Shown here piece by piece: positions 9,663 to 18,473 of a stretch of DNA of 53,855 nt. Within the stretch, counting starts at the first letter, position 1. The number at the start of each line of letters is the position of its first letter. Below the pieces are notes generated by a model that did no database searches, was not told where the DNA came from, and worked only from the letters and a program-made list of their open reading frames with translations. The DNA is from a virus (taxonomy: Duplodnaviria; Caudoviricetes), in the IMG/VR virus record IMGVR_UViG_3300025617_000031, positions 1 through 53,855 of that record; one strand, 5' to 3'. Position numbers and translations under genes: made by a program.

Positions 9663-11183
9663 TTAAATCTGTAGTGCAATTACTCGCACATCACCTATTC
9701 TAGGAACGTCTGAACTAACCGATGCAGTAATTACAATTTTAACAGAAAAAGTTAAATATCCAGTAAAAGTAGCACCCGCATTATTGGTGTATTGGACTTC
9801 ACCACTGTCTCCGGTCCGATCCGCAGTTGGAATCACATACTTATATTCTTTCTGATCATCAAAGTTACCAGAAATGGAATAGGTATCTTGAGAAGTTTCC
9901 TGCGTCATCAGTTTCCAATTTTTTTCTTCGAAAGTTTCATCATCAGAAGAATTGTGGATTTTGTAATAAACGTAAAGTTCACTTCCTGCGGGTTTATATG
10001 CGTCAAGATAGACATTCATATCTTCTGCATCTAACCCGTCCTCTAGTGTCACACGACGTGTAATATACTTTGCAAGAGCGTTGCCTCCACTCACTCCATC
10101 TTCACCTGTGACATCTGCGTTGACTAAATTTGTGATCTGATATGAACTAAATTTATCATCGTCAAACGCACACGAAACATTCTGTTGGGTTGAAGTTAAT
10201 GTAATTGTTGCAACTGAAGTTTTAGATCCACCAAAATTTGCTTGTTCGTTCGAATAACTATAAATCTTTTTAGGTGCCACAAAATTAATTGTGTCATTCA
10301 AATCGACTTCTTTTGCTAGAGGGTCAAGGACACCTGCAGTATTTCTTCCTCTAAGAGAGACAGAAAAATCTGCACCAATTTGCTCAAGTTGCTCTGACTT
10401 AAGGAATGATGAATCAACGACAATATCATCGATAGAAACAATTAAACCAGTAGCACCCGACTCTTCACCCCTAATATAAGATCCCGCAGTGAACGGTTCG
10501 TTAACAGGATTTAAAACGATTGATGTTGCGGCACCTTCGTAGTAGTCTTCAAAGATACCTGATCCCGCAGTGTTGCCATAGTTAGTATTCGAGGATACCA
10601 AGTTTGAAGTCAAGTTCGCAGAAACATTTTCTCCCTGAATAAAACGTCCAGAGGTATTTGCAACTGTGATCCAATCAGTATCACCATTTGTAAATTGGAT
10701 TGTGCCAAGAGTGTCAAAATTGGCAGTCTTGAGAGTATACTTCAAATCATACTCTTGAAATGGTGTGAATGTGCGACCGTCGGACGAAATGAAAAGAACA
10801 CCAACACCTGCTTGTTTAGAGATGATGCGATCTGATCCAATAACAGTATCACCGAGACGAGCAGTCCATACATTGTAATTCGGAGAATCTGAACCGGGGA
10901 TAATAACCACCGCATAATCAGTTTCACCTTGCAGAAATACAGGAGACTCAAACCAAAATGATGTTGCCGCAAGAGCATCCTCCGAGGTAAAAACCTCCTC
11001 CGGATAAAGAGTAGAACGAGAGAAAGGTAATACCTTTTGAGTAGGAATACCGTTTTGCATCTCATGTAACTGCACTGTTACAGGAAAAGAAGAATCCTTA
11101 GATTGAAAATATAAATCAATCCTTGTGGCATAACATCCACCAATCCTATCTACAAAAAATGATTGTGCTAAAGAATATGCCAT
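9663..11183 (-). CDS. C-terminal half of a DUF4815/VrlC-like virion structural protein
   Basis: Begins MAYSLAQSFFV...TRIDLYFQSKD...PVTVQL...G.P..KVLPFS...AT.F.FESPVFL...GVLFIS.DG.TF.P.QEYDLKY.L and ends VPRIGDVRVIAL; own SD (CAGGAG). Confidence 0.82.
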   Translation of the reverse strand: MAYSLAQSFFVDRIGGCYATRIDLYFQSKDSSFPVTVQLHEMQNGIPTQKVLPFSRSTLYPEEVFTSEDALAATSFWFESPVFLQGETDYAVVIIPGSDSPNYNVWTARLGDTVIGSDRIISKQAGVGVLFISSDGRTFTPFQEYDLKYTLKTANFDTLGTIQFTNGDTDWITVANTSGRFIQGENVSANLTSNLVSSNTNYGNTAGSGIFEDYYEGAATSIVLNPVNEPFTAGSYIRGEESGATGLIVSIDDIVVDSSFLKSEQLEQIGADFSVSLRGRNTAGVLDPLAKEVDLNDTINFVAPKKIYSYSNEQANFGGSKTSVATITLTSTQQNVSCAFDDDKFSSYQITNLVNADVTGEDGVSGGNALAKYITRRVTLEDGLDAEDMNVYLDAYKPAGSELYVYYKIHNSSDDETFEEKNWKLMTQETSQDTYSISGNFDDQKEYKYVIPTADRTGDSGEVQYTNNAGATFTGYLTFSVKIVITASVSSDVPRIGDVRVIALQI

Positions 11184-11663
11184 TTATAACTCCTGTTGAT
11201 TGAATTCTGGCAAATATTTATCTTGTATTACAGAGTCGAAAGATTCCCCATTTGCATCCAGTGGGAGGAGTAATCCTACAATCTCATCATCTGCCATATA
11301 CATACCGTGTCGTTTTTGATATCGTTTTGCAAGTGCGGGTGCTGATGTTGTTGCGTAAATAAAGTCACAACCCGACTCTCTTCCCATATCAATTAATCCT
11401 TGGATCATAACATCAAGTGCACGATCCCGTTGTCTGAGATTACTGTTTGGGTTTGATACAACTGGCCAAATATAACCCATTGGACTGGTAGAACCTAAAT
11501 TTATGAACCCCGCACATATATCATCAACAATCAAACCCTTAGCAAGGTATTTACTAGGGAATGGATCCCACCCAATGGCAGACCACCATTCCTCTAGTTG
11601 TTGATAATCCTCTTCTGGATTATACTCTCTCAAGAATTTTTTCGTTTCCTTTTTCTTGCTCAT
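11184..11663 (-). CDS. Hypothetical protein, probable GNAT-like fold
   Basis: LREYNPEEDYQQLEEWW...ICAGFI...GYIWPVVSNP...RDRALDVMIQGLIDMGRESGCDFIYATT..PALAKRY..HG matches the GNAT secondary-structure pattern. The start is uncertain (ATG 11663 or TTG 11633). Confidence 0.6.
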   Translation of the reverse strand: MSKKKETKKFLREYNPEEDYQQLEEWWSAIGWDPFPSKYLAKGLIVDDICAGFINLGSTSPMGYIWPVVSNPNSNLRQRDRALDVMIQGLIDMGRESGCDFIYATTSAPALAKRYQKRHGMYMADDEIVGLLLPLDANGESFDSVIQDKYLPEFNQQEL

Positions 11664-14600
11664 CAGCAAATTCTTCCCATTTATCAAAATATACTTCACC
11701 CATTTGCTTTACTGCCTCTTGCTCCACAACCTCAAAGTAGTCTGTGAACTCAATACCATTGATATCAATTCGACGGTTTTCACAACCGAATACATAAACG
11801 ACTACTCCTTTACCCACATCGACTTTTTCTGACTGTGGAATATCTCTTACACGAATCCACTCACCGTCGTGCTTGACCATATGTGATCCTGCGACTTTAA
11901 TTCCACGATACTCATATAAATCCGTATTCCAGAATTGTCCTAAAGCAAATACTCCACCACCTAGTTTAACACGATCTCCAAGTTTAATCAACTCTACTGG
12001 TACCTTGGTTCCGTCTTCCATTGTAATAAGAGTACCTGCCAAGAAACATCCACGACGACATGGTGGTGGAACATACTTCGAACTGATAAGGTTACGAGTT
12101 TTAGTGTTGGTCTTAGTATTAGTGACTGAAGTGACAACAGTACGAGAATCTTTAACATCAACCTTTTGGAAGTTAGCATTTCTTGTTGAGATAACTGTTT
12201 CTTGTTTAGTTTGATGCATGCCAGATGCTGAATATAATGCTTCTGCGGCAGTTGTATTATCGGTGCCGTTATCCGCAACATCAGTGACACGTAAAGGTTT
12301 CGTACCAACTCGGAACTTTAAAGAAGAATTGTTTGGTAGGAAATACTCAAACTTACAACGACCATTATCATCCGTAACAATCTCAGCACCATAGGCACCA
12401 GTTACACGGTAAGTGTATCTCCTTTTAAATCTTCTGTATAACCAACTACGAATCCAACGAGTTCTGGTCACTTCTTTGACGACAGGACGACAATATTGTG
12501 TGACATCCTCACCATCAAAATACACATACAGTCTGGTATTCGGACGTAATTTTTCACCTTCCACATAAATGAGTTTACTTCTCATATATGGGATAACATT
12601 CATATCAACGACTTTGGCACCCAAATGTGTCTTATTCACTTCTGGCACTGCTTCTAATTTAAATCCAGTACGGGATTGCTTTTTACCAAATACACGTTTT
12701 GTAGTATAATTCTTCTGGTTGTATGTGTTATTATAGTTACCTTCTTTTTTGGTGTATGAAGAATCTCTTAAACGAGTCGTTTTTGATGACAGTTGTCCAG
12801 AAAAATTCGTTTGCCAAGAATTCCATGAAGTTCCCCACGCATTTGAGAGCACTTCCCAATTATCGTAGTTACCTTGTTGGTTAACTTGCAAATCTGGTTT
12901 GGTTGTAGTATCGACCCATTGATCTCCATCTGGTGTCAATGTAAGTTCACCAATAAAATCGAAAAATTCAGCATCAGAAATTCTAAAGGCAGTGGAGGCA
13001 ACCTGTTGTTGAATTAGATCAGAGTGCAAATAATCCAATGTGATTAAAGGACCGGGTTCGGGTCTTCTGATCTCTGTGATAGTAGCGGTAATACCAGATA
13101 CTCCACCAGTAATTGTTTCACCGACAGAAAACTCTCCTTCAACACTTTCGACAAGAATCGAAACATTATTGTCTTCAGCAGTGACATAGAAAAGACTACC
13201 GGATGCACCTGAAGTCGCACCTGTAATCGTTTCTCCAAACTTGTTTCCTGCGGCGTTTGAAGCATTTGTAATTCTCAATAAGAAATCTCTGCAACGACGA
13301 GTAGTGTTACTCGATGAATCTTCATCATGGATGAAGTCGATGTTTCTCAGTTTAAATGTCGGACGACCCTCTTTTCTATCAGCATCTATTGCAATTTTAT
13401 AATCAGGGTTCGTAACATCACCAACATTATGACCAGTGAAAGGATCAACCAAAATGCCGTTTTTGAATCGTGTGTTGCCTTCTGCATCTTGAATTGTAAG
13501 ATCTGATGCGGATCTTTCTAACAACGAAAGTGATGTATAATATTCAAGTCCTCGGATTCTCTGATCCAATTCTCCAATATCTTTCATTGTGTAACGACGA
13601 GTGTTGAAAACTTTTGCGACGACTTGCAAATCTTGACGTGATATATTCTTACCGACGAATGGTGAAATTGATGGGTAAGGAGGAATGTCAATCGATGCAA
13701 TAGTCATCATGTTTTCATTATCAAGAGGTTCTGTTGGATCTGTGGATGGTACACCTCTTTTAACAACAATCTGTCCACCAGAATCGATCATCAACTTGTC
13801 AATACGACCAAAGTATGCGACCAAATCGGCAGAAAATACTTCGTTTGGATTTGATAAAAATTGACCTTCCGGTGAAACATTATATGTTGTTGCAGAAGTT
13901 GGGTTAGTCGACGCACTTCCAATCGTCGCAGAGATCGTCGCAGAATTTTCTTTAACTGGACGGATATCAATCGAGTTTCTTAAATTGATTCGATTACCGC
14001 TGGTAGGATCTTGGAACAACGGAATTTCATATGTTTTTATTGTTGTATCCGATATCAAATTATCATTTATAGGATAGGAGTCAACAGAGAAATAACCTGC
14101 ACCCTGAGAGTAATCTGGTTGAAAGAATTTCAATTTAACAAGTAATTGACCTGTTGGTGCTGAACCACCCACTACAGTAGATATTGAACCGTTTTGATAG
14201 AATCCTGCTCTCTGTCCATTATCCAAAAGGTATCTTGATTTTACATCAGTGTCAGATTCAGATGGAGTAACATTGAAGTTTGTAGATTGCCAAATGCCTT
14301 CAATAGAAAACACATCAGAGAAACCGAGACTCCAAGGACCGTTTGTGCCCGCACTATGAGTATTCGGATTAATGATAACATAAGAAGTTCTGAGAAGTTT
14401 ATTAGTTTCTCTGGCATTTATTTTACTGAGATTTATGATGACACGAGCAGTAATACCTGCAGTTAAATTTTCTTCTATGTCAATTTCTGCAGATGTACTG
14501 GAGTTGATGGAAATCGAACGAGTTCCTGTCAAACCTTCTTCAGACATATCGATGATTTCACCAGAAGAGATAATTTTGTCGATAGAATCTGAACTGTAAG

Positions 14601-16683
14601 TACTTGTCAAGTTATTAGTGAGTGTTAAGTGTGTAGCATCTTGAATACTTTCGATTTGATATACATCAGTTCCATCAAGACGAATCAAGGTGAAAGGTTT
14701 TAATTTATTAAAGTCTGTTCCGGAACCAACCAATTGATCGGTTCCAGAAGAACCACTGACAGAACCAGACATTGTAGAGTAACCAGTTGAAGTTGCTACC
14801 ACAGTAAACAGACGATCTTTCTGAGTATCGTTTAATGCACCAGTAGTTGTATAAATCTGTGACGCATCACCAGTAGAGATATTCTGCACTCTACCATTCT
14901 GGTCAATATTTACATCAAAACCCTTTTTAAAGGTAAATGAAGTTTCGACATTGTTTGTATCATCACGAACAGTTTTAACTGCTTCATATGGGAAAGAAAA
15001 TATCAAACTCGTGAAAGAAGGTTCTTTGATGGAAGCAACACCGTTTTCTAAAACTACATCACCAATGGCATTTTTTCCTACACCACCTGCATTCGCAATA
15101 AACACAGATCGAACATCTTGAATTGAACCCGATGTCATCTTAATATCTTGTAAGTAAGCACGGAACTCACCCGATGGTTGATCGGAATCATTATCATCAT
15201 AGACAAAGTTTCTTAATACCGCAGTACCAATTTCTGAACCGGGTGCACCCGTCAGATCATATGTTCCATTTGTAATAGCATCACCTTCAGCATTCCTCAA
15301 AGAAACAATGGGGAGCAAAGTGCTATCAAAAACTCCGGCAGCGTCTCTGATCATCAAATACTGACCATAGTTAGATGCAACTGATTGTTGTTCAAATAAT
15401 TCTGTGTCTACACCCTTATCTACATCACGATAAATTGATGCTTTTTGTTCGAATTCAAAACGGAAACCCTGAACATAACCAACACCACCTTCGATGCCTA
15501 TCCCTAGTTTGGTTGACAACCCACCTTTTTCTGCAGTGTATAAACCCTGATTGTCATCCCCTTTCAAATGTTCTTTGATGTTTATCATGAACGGACGAAT
15601 GTTAAAGTCACCATTAATCTCTGAAACATTTGTCGCAATTGCATCACCAAGAATATTATAATCTTTCTGTTCGGCAACCGCAGCTTCAGTGCCTTGGTCA
15701 ATTGTAATAAGTTCAGTAAATCCTGTTGTATCCGTTGGTTCACCAGTTGTTTCGATTTGTGGAGGTGAAACAACAACTTCTTCTCTAGTTTCTTCATCGA
15801 TTGTTGTTGTCGGTTCAATAACAGTAGTTGCTTCTTCTAGAGGAGCAATTGGTTCTGGATCTGGTGCCGCCGCATTTGCACCTCCACCATTATTATCTTC
15901 GGTGTTGGTAGATACAACAATTGATTCGGAAATAGGAGTTATTCTTAGATATGTTGATAATTTAAGACGATCAGCACCCGGTGCGGAAAAGTTAGATGCT
16001 CCTTGCGCAGGGTCTAACAAAGTCGCATCAGTTTCAGATCCAATTAGTTCTTCTCTTATCCCAAAACCAATTTTAACTGAAGGAAGGGTTGTATACCTAC
16101 CTGCAACAATAGACTGATCATGATGACGAATAAAGTGCCCTTTAGCATAGATGATACCATCACCCAAACGGAACACAATACCTTTGCCAGTTGGGGTGTC
16201 TTCAGAATTGACTACAACTGCAGTGGTACCATCAGAAAATGTCAGTACTTCTTCAGGTCCGACAACTGCGGTTCCTCCAGTAGTACCCGAGTTAGTATAG
16301 GCAACATAAAGAGTCTTTTTATCTGCAGACACCTGAGAACCATCAAGAACTTTACGAACAACCCCTGTCATTCCTGATGTTCCCGCAGTAAAACTCAATC
16401 CTTCTTTGGAGTTTACATCTACGGGGAATCCTGTGGTGTCATCATCTAAAATTTTAATGAAATTGACTTCTGTCCTTGTTTTAGGGCAACCTGTGACAAT
16501 GGCTCCTTCTGCAAATATATGATTACCAAATCTCTCAATCTGATTTTGAAGGATACTTTGCGTCTGCGATAATTCTCTTGCCTGTACTGCAAATCCGGGA
16601 CGGAATAAAACTCGATGAAAATTCTTGCTTTCGTCGTAGTCGTCATAGTAAGGACTTTGATTGAGGTTAGTATCTAATGCCAT
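11620..16683 (-). CDS. DUF4815/VrlC-like large virion structural protein (N-terminal part) fused to a C-terminal Hint domain
   Basis: N-terminus NLNQSPYYDDYDESKNFHRVLFRPGFAVQARELSQTQSILQNQIERFG; RRYTMKDIG.LDQRI.GLEYYTSLSLLE; RFKNGILVDPF; C-terminal GCFLAGTLITM Hint block A. Confidence 0.88.
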   Translation of the reverse strand: MALDTNLNQSPYYDDYDESKNFHRVLFRPGFAVQARELSQTQSILQNQIERFGNHIFAEGAIVTGCPKTRTEVNFIKILDDDTTGFPVDVNSKEGLSFTAGTSGMTGVVRKVLDGSQVSADKKTLYVAYTNSGTTGGTAVVGPEEVLTFSDGTTAVVVNSEDTPTGKGIVFRLGDGIIYAKGHFIRHHDQSIVAGRYTTLPSVKIGFGIREELIGSETDATLLDPAQGASNFSAPGADRLKLSTYLRITPISESIVVSTNTEDNNGGGANAAAPDPEPIAPLEEATTVIEPTTTIDEETREEVVVSPPQIETTGEPTDTTGFTELITIDQGTEAAVAEQKDYNILGDAIATNVSEINGDFNIRPFMINIKEHLKGDDNQGLYTAEKGGLSTKLGIGIEGGVGYVQGFRFEFEQKASIYRDVDKGVDTELFEQQSVASNYGQYLMIRDAAGVFDSTLLPIVSLRNAEGDAITNGTYDLTGAPGSEIGTAVLRNFVYDDNDSDQPSGEFRAYLQDIKMTSGSIQDVRSVFIANAGGVGKNAIGDVVLENGVASIKEPSFTSLIFSFPYEAVKTVRDDTNNVETSFTFKKGFDVNIDQNGRVQNISTGDASQIYTTTGALNDTQKDRLFTVVATSTGYSTMSGSVSGSSGTDQLVGSGTDFNKLKPFTLIRLDGTDVYQIESIQDATHLTLTNNLTSTYSSDSIDKIISSGEIIDMSEEGLTGTRSISINSSTSAEIDIEENLTAGITARVIINLSKINARETNKLLRTSYVIINPNTHSAGTNGPWSLGFSDVFSIEGIWQSTNFNVTPSESDTDVKSRYLLDNGQRAGFYQNGSISTVVGGSAPTGQLLVKLKFFQPDYSQGAGYFSVDSYPINDNLISDTTIKTYEIPLFQDPTSGNRINLRNSIDIRPVKENSATISATIGSASTNPTSATTYNVSPEGQFLSNPNEVFSADLVAYFGRIDKLMIDSGGQIVVKRGVPSTDPTEPLDNENMMTIASIDIPPYPSISPFVGKNISRQDLQVVAKVFNTRRYTMKDIGELDQRIRGLEYYTSLSLLERSASDLTIQDAEGNTRFKNGILVDPFTGHNVGDVTNPDYKIAIDADRKEGRPTFKLRNIDFIHDEDSSSNTTRRCRDFLLRITNASNAAGNKFGETITGATSGASGSLFYVTAEDNNVSILVESVEGEFSVGETITGGVSGITATITEIRRPEPGPLITLDYLHSDLIQQQVASTAFRISDAEFFDFIGELTLTPDGDQWVDTTTKPDLQVNQQGNYDNWEVLSNAWGTSWNSWQTNFSGQLSSKTTRLRDSSYTKKEGNYNNTYNQKNYTTKRVFGKKQSRTGFKLEAVPEVNKTHLGAKVVDMNVIPYMRSKLIYVEGEKLRPNTRLYVYFDGEDVTQYCRPVVKEVTRTRWIRSWLYRRFKRRYTYRVTGAYGAEIVTDDNGRCKFEYFLPNNSSLKFRVGTKPLRVTDVADNGTDNTTAAEALYSASGMHQTKQETVISTRNANFQKVDVKDSRTVVTSVTNTKTNTKTRNLISSKYVPPPCRRGCFLAGTLITMEDGTKVPVELIKLGDRVKLGGGVFALGQFWNTDLYEYRGIKVAGSHMVKHDGEWIRVRDIPQSEKVDVGKGVVVYVFGCENRRIDINGIEFTDYFEVVEQEAVKQMGEVYFDKWEEFADEQEKGNEKILERV
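11623..12048 (-). other. Hint autoprocessing domain (non-splicing, Hedgehog/BIL-like) plus short helical tail
   Basis: Block A CFLAGTLITMEDG...VELIKLGDRV; block B VAGSHMV; block F VYVFGCENRRIDING; ends FTDYFE instead of HN[CST]. Confidence 0.82.
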
Positions 16684-16694
16684 TTAAGTTGCCT

Positions 16695-18473
16695 TTAAAA
16701 ATCTAAAATAATTTTAATGTCTTCGGTCTGTTCACTGTCTCGAACAATTTTTTGTACATTCGATGTATATAGTATCTCTCCCGAAAAAATTTCTGCTTCC
16801 GGTTCAGTAATTCCTTTAATTGTTGCAATTTTCGTTTCAAAATCATTTGCCATGATGACATCATCAACTGCAAAAGGAACATAATCAGAATAACTATTTA
16901 CATCGTTAGTGTAGAGAACATAAAAGGATGTATCCGTTTCCGTTTCATCATCTTCTATTGTCACTACATTAGCATTAGCTGCTTTATATGCGTTTGCTAA
17001 TGATTTAGCAATTCGATCTGAAGAGTTCAGATCCGTAATAAATTCTAATGTGCCTTCTTCTGCTCTAAAACGCAACCTTTCATTTGTAATCTTATCTCCA
17101 ACCTGCAGAGGGTTAACAGGGGTGTTGTTATCCATTTGATTATAAGATATCTTATATTTATGCGTCAATCTCAATGTGACAGGAGAATTTGATGTATTTG
17201 CGATATTTGTATTTGTTGTAAAATTATTATTAGCATTTACTTTTAAAATCGGATCTTTAAGGAGACTAATAGATCTGTAGTTAATATCAGTTGACACATA
17301 ACCATTTCCATTAGATGATAACCCCTCTTCACCTACAAGTTTAGCATTTAACATCACTTGATCTGCACCAAGTTCTCTTACGGGATTTGATCCATGTCCA
17401 CCAACTGGAGAAATGATCGGTTCAGCAAATGCCCCACGTCCATGTACAGTATTTGCAGAAATAATAACTTCTGCCTGAGTATATTTCTCCCCACCATCAA
17501 TAACAATAACATCAGATAATTTTGTTAAAGAATTGATTTTAGAATATGCTTGGGCATTCTTTCCGTCACCAATAATTGTAACTGACGGACCTATGTCAAC
17601 TCTTGATGTTTGATCTGGCACTGTGGAAAACGCACTATTGACAGTCAAAATTTTAGAAGCACCAGAATACTGCACAATTCGTCTTAATTGACCTGCACCC
17701 TGACCAGAGGTAATGTACAAAGAAGATCCATTATAAAAATTATTAATTGGTGATGGTGGGTTAGCACCTGCCGCACTGAGTTTCACAAAAGTCAAGTCTG
17801 CATTTTCAACAACTGCATTTTCTACTTTTGAATATTCCAATCCACTTTCAATAAGTTTAATTATTTCTATGGAACCATCAACTGAATTGTTTTGCACATC
17901 AAGTTGTCTTGATGATTCTGTTGTCCCATCCGTAACTTCTATTTTTTTAACAGGCATGTGATTTGCTGTAAGAAACTTTTCCGACTCACCTAGAGTGATT
18001 GAGTACAAATACTTCCAAGTGTACCCATCAGAAGTTGTAAATGGTTGCAAACTATATCCAGTAGGTTTCACCGTCGACGCAGAGGAATTATTATTGAAAA
18101 GGCATTTGTATACATTTAATTCATCAGTCAAAACATAAAAATCTTTACTATACAATTCAGTGTCTTTATCATCATACATTGCATAATAATTTCCGTTTGC
18201 CCAATTCACACGACGGACAACGTGTGACACGTCGTCACCAGTAATCTTCTTTGCGGCGATTGCTTTTCTCCACACGTCAACATACTTATCTCTAGGAGAT
18301 TCTACAGGTATTTCTGGGACAGGTTCGTTAACATATTCTTTATTGTTACCGATCATAGCATAAAGAATTACTGAATTTTTTTCCTGTGAAGTATCATCAG
18401 CACGAATTGCTTCGATAAACGATTCTGCCGCAGTAATAGAAAGTTCTTTTGTTGCGTACTTATAATCAGTCAT
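16695..18473 (-). CDS. gp8: Baseplate wedge subunit gp8
   Basis: AAKKI...VVRRVNW..G.YYAMYDD...FYVLTDELNVYKCLFNN...KPT...TSDGYTWKYLY; ends R..EQTEDIKIILDF; synteny gp6-gp7-gp8. Confidence 0.88.
   Translation of the reverse strand: MTDYKYATKELSITAAESFIEAIRADDTSQEKNSVILYAMIGNNKEYVNEPVPEIPVESPRDKYVDVWRKAIAAKKITGDDVSHVVRRVNWANGNYYAMYDDKDTELYSKDFYVLTDELNVYKCLFNNNSSASTVKPTGYSLQPFTTSDGYTWKYLYSITLGESEKFLTANHMPVKKIEVTDGTTESSRQLDVQNNSVDGSIEIIKLIESGLEYSKVENAVVENADLTFVKLSAAGANPPSPINNFYNGSSLYITSGQGAGQLRRIVQYSGASKILTVNSAFSTVPDQTSRVDIGPSVTIIGDGKNAQAYSKINSLTKLSDVIVIDGGEKYTQAEVIISANTVHGRGAFAEPIISPVGGHGSNPVRELGADQVMLNAKLVGEEGLSSNGNGYVSTDINYRSISLLKDPILKVNANNNFTTNTNIANTSNSPVTLRLTHKYKISYNQMDNNTPVNPLQVGDKITNERLRFRAEEGTLEFITDLNSSDRIAKSLANAYKAANANVVTIEDDETETDTSFYVLYTNDVNSYSDYVPFAVDDVIMANDFETKIATIKGITEPEAEIFSGEILYTSNVQKIVRDSEQTEDIKIILDF

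Noticed and set aside
11215-11222. GATAAATA as a dedicated late promoter for the DUF4815 C-half (similar variants at 27167 and 30210)
   Set aside because: 7/8 matches inside coding sequence are frequent by chance in AT-rich DNA and cannot be supported without TSS data
11620-11663. Frameshift fusing the Hint ORF to the GNAT-like ORF through A-runs
   Set aside because: The GNAT frame is +1 relative to the Hint frame, so classical -1 slippage would not join them; ATG/TTG starts are available
11623-12048. Canonical intein or homing endonuclease element
   Set aside because: No terminal His-Asn plus Cys/Ser/Thr, no LAGLIDADG/HNH domain, and no in-frame C-extein
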